Of a stretch of DNA of 64,000 nucleotides, positions 62,208 through 64,000 are shown piece by piece. The position numbers were made by a program, and so were the translations under genes. The DNA comes from Eutreptiella sp. 'Long Island Sound 2002' (lineage: Eukaryota > Protista > Euglenida). The notes under the pieces were generated by a model that made no database searches, was not told the origin of the DNA, and saw only the letters and a program-made list of their open reading frames with translations. Every line of letters begins with the position of its first letter. The stretch's first letter is position 1. The stretch covers positions 57,908,001 through 57,972,000 of the forward strand of contig OZ038379.1 in NCBI GenBank assembly GCA_964036045.1. Reading direction: 5' to 3'.

Positions 62208-62423
62208 ATGTGTAGCTACGGCATTCCATGTCCGCTTATGCTGCTACGAGATGCGCAAAACCAACTTTGTTGGTTGGTTGATGTAATTTTTTGTTTGTCG
62301 GGTGGTGATGTTTGGTGCATGCTTTCCGGTTTGATTAGCAGTGCAACAACGCTGGTCATTTCATGTCCGACTTGGGTTTTGCATGCAAAGGAGTGGAAAA
62401 CACAACAAGAATTTTGCAAATGA
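62208..62423 (+). pseudogene. DDE (Transib-like) transposase fragment
   Basis: VDVIFCLSGGDVWCMLSGLISSATTLVISCP matches the v.f.l.GD....l.Gl.sa....CP pattern around the second catalytic Asp. Confidence 0.45.
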
Positions 62424-64000
62424 ATATGTTAGTAACACGCTTGTAGAGAACACCCACTCTTTTTGGTTTGCTAAATTGCTTTCTCCGGTTTTTTGGTAAC
62501 TGTGCTGCACAGGGGTTTGGCCATTTTAGGGAGATTTTCTTTATTAGAACACGGAGAGGTTTTTTGTAGTGAGTGTCCCCATTTTAGCATTTGGTTTTTA
62601 CGACACAGGGTTTTTTTTAAACTTCAACAAGAACATTATTTCTCGGTGCATCTTCATTACAGATAAGGGATTTTCTCCGACCAAATGACGGGCACGGTAG
62701 GTGGGGGGAGGGGTTGGTTCTGTTTGGTAGGATTACCAGCTGGGAAGGGTTTCCTCTACCGCTTTGCCGGTAGCCGGCAGATGCGACCGTGAAGGCTGTG
62801 GCATTCAAGTTTCCGAGTTTGCTGCACAATATCGCTGACATGGCAATTTGACCAGCCAAAGGGCTTTGCCCGGCGCACGTTGAGAACATGTATCGGGGGT
62901 TTGTAGTGAAGACGGTAGCGCCGCTTGCACACCACCGGTCGGTCGTGGTCGGGGCTATTCTAGGAGACCTACGCAGGCAGTTTGGAGAGTGTAGACAATT
63001 TGATGATTTGCATAGAAGGTTCTCGTGAGCATTTGTAACCCGTGGTCGCTTCTCGCAAATGTTTATTTCGACCTGCACTTTGCACAATGACAACATAACA
63101 TGCTACACAAGATGGGCACAAGACCCGCAGGTGGGTTGGCGATACATATGAAGGAGCCAACTGTTGAACCATGTTGCAGCAGGTCACAGCCTGTCCTTTA
63201 GAGGCCTATCGGTGGGACTGCGGCATGCTCAGGGTCGTGTGACACACAATGTGACCGGTCACCTCATTTTTCAACTAGTATGCGTTCTATCTTTCGCAAC
63301 ACCAAGGTGTTGGATTGTCTGTATTACCTTTATCGTCTGAAATCCGTCTGTAGTGCATTTCTTTTTAAATCGCAACTTTGAACGTTAAATTGTTTATTTT
63401 TGGAGGCATGCCAAGAGACAAATCGGTATACATCAATATTGCTCAAGAACAATAAAGTCTCGTCTTGATCCGTATCTGTGAAGAACAATACAATGCACGG
63501 AGCTGCAGCTACAATAACCGTATCCAAAGAAAAATTATTCAAGTCTAGATACATATGAAACGTACAAATGAAATTTATCGCTCACATGCCCTCCTGATTT
63601 CCACATCAAAATTTGTATACTGTATGACGAACATTTGAAAACAGTAGAACCACTAAAAATAGTAAACAACACAAATATTTCCTTGACATGTCTCAGTAAA
63701 GATGCCTCAAACAGAGAATTCTGCGCATACCTTTGCGCTTCCACCCGTGCGATCCGGTGGCAAAAAAAGAGATCATGCTTTCACCAAGATTTGCATTCAC
63801 GGTGCGTCCAGATACATACATCCATTTTCCGTTTCATTAGATTCAGCGGTGCACTTGAAAACTAAAAGCACACCATTGCTCGCAGTGCGTCCAACAATAG
63901 CGACTTTACTAGTGTTTTGTTTCGAGCATGGTAATCATCCACGATGTCTGCCAAGCTCTGTAGTGAGATGGTCACTACGGAAAGCGTATGGCATCTTTGT

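Noticed and set aside
63330-63554. C5 DNA methyltransferase motif IV (DTVIVAAAPC)
   Set aside because: Only a PC dipeptide matches; no FxGxG or ENV motifs were found nearby.

Overview
Eukaryotic, repeat-saturated DNA (GT-AG introns, poly-G/C tracts; protist-like, taxon not determinable from sequence). I recognised no intact host housekeeping gene, rRNA or CRISPR array. Content: (1) 1-8.3 kb: two head-to-head decayed non-LTR retrotransposons (APE-RT-RNase H; RT motif FSDD), plus a third LINE 3' remnant at 15-16 kb. (2) 8.5-15 kb: four same-strand AGGAA-Gn-TTCCT arrays about 2 kb apart that bracket gene-like modules. (3) At least seven related DDE-transposase-like genes or pseudogenes with a RAG1/Transib/CMC-like motif order (13, 23-25, 27-30, 34, 44, 46-47, 49-51 kb; a possible further fragment at 62 kb). 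Three of them share a phase-0 intron position. The best copy lies in a 3.05 kb element with 34 bp TIRs; its intron repeats a 31 bp motif from the element's own subterminal region, and it replaces the C-terminal catalytic half with a Pro/Lys-rich linker and a Tudor-like domain. (4) That element is nested inside a 6.5 kb hAT element (48673-55188; 25 bp TIRs, perfect 8 bp TSD GCCACGGG) encoding a C-terminally truncated PHD-finger hAT transposase. (5) A Merlin-like pseudogene, two tyrosine-recombinase remnants, a hairpin-terminated non-autonomous repeat family (one copy contains a tail-to-tail pair of tRNA-like sequences), foldback repeats and a 50 bp minisatellite with 234 bp higher-order structure. 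All protein assignments come from manual motif reading; no database searches were run.
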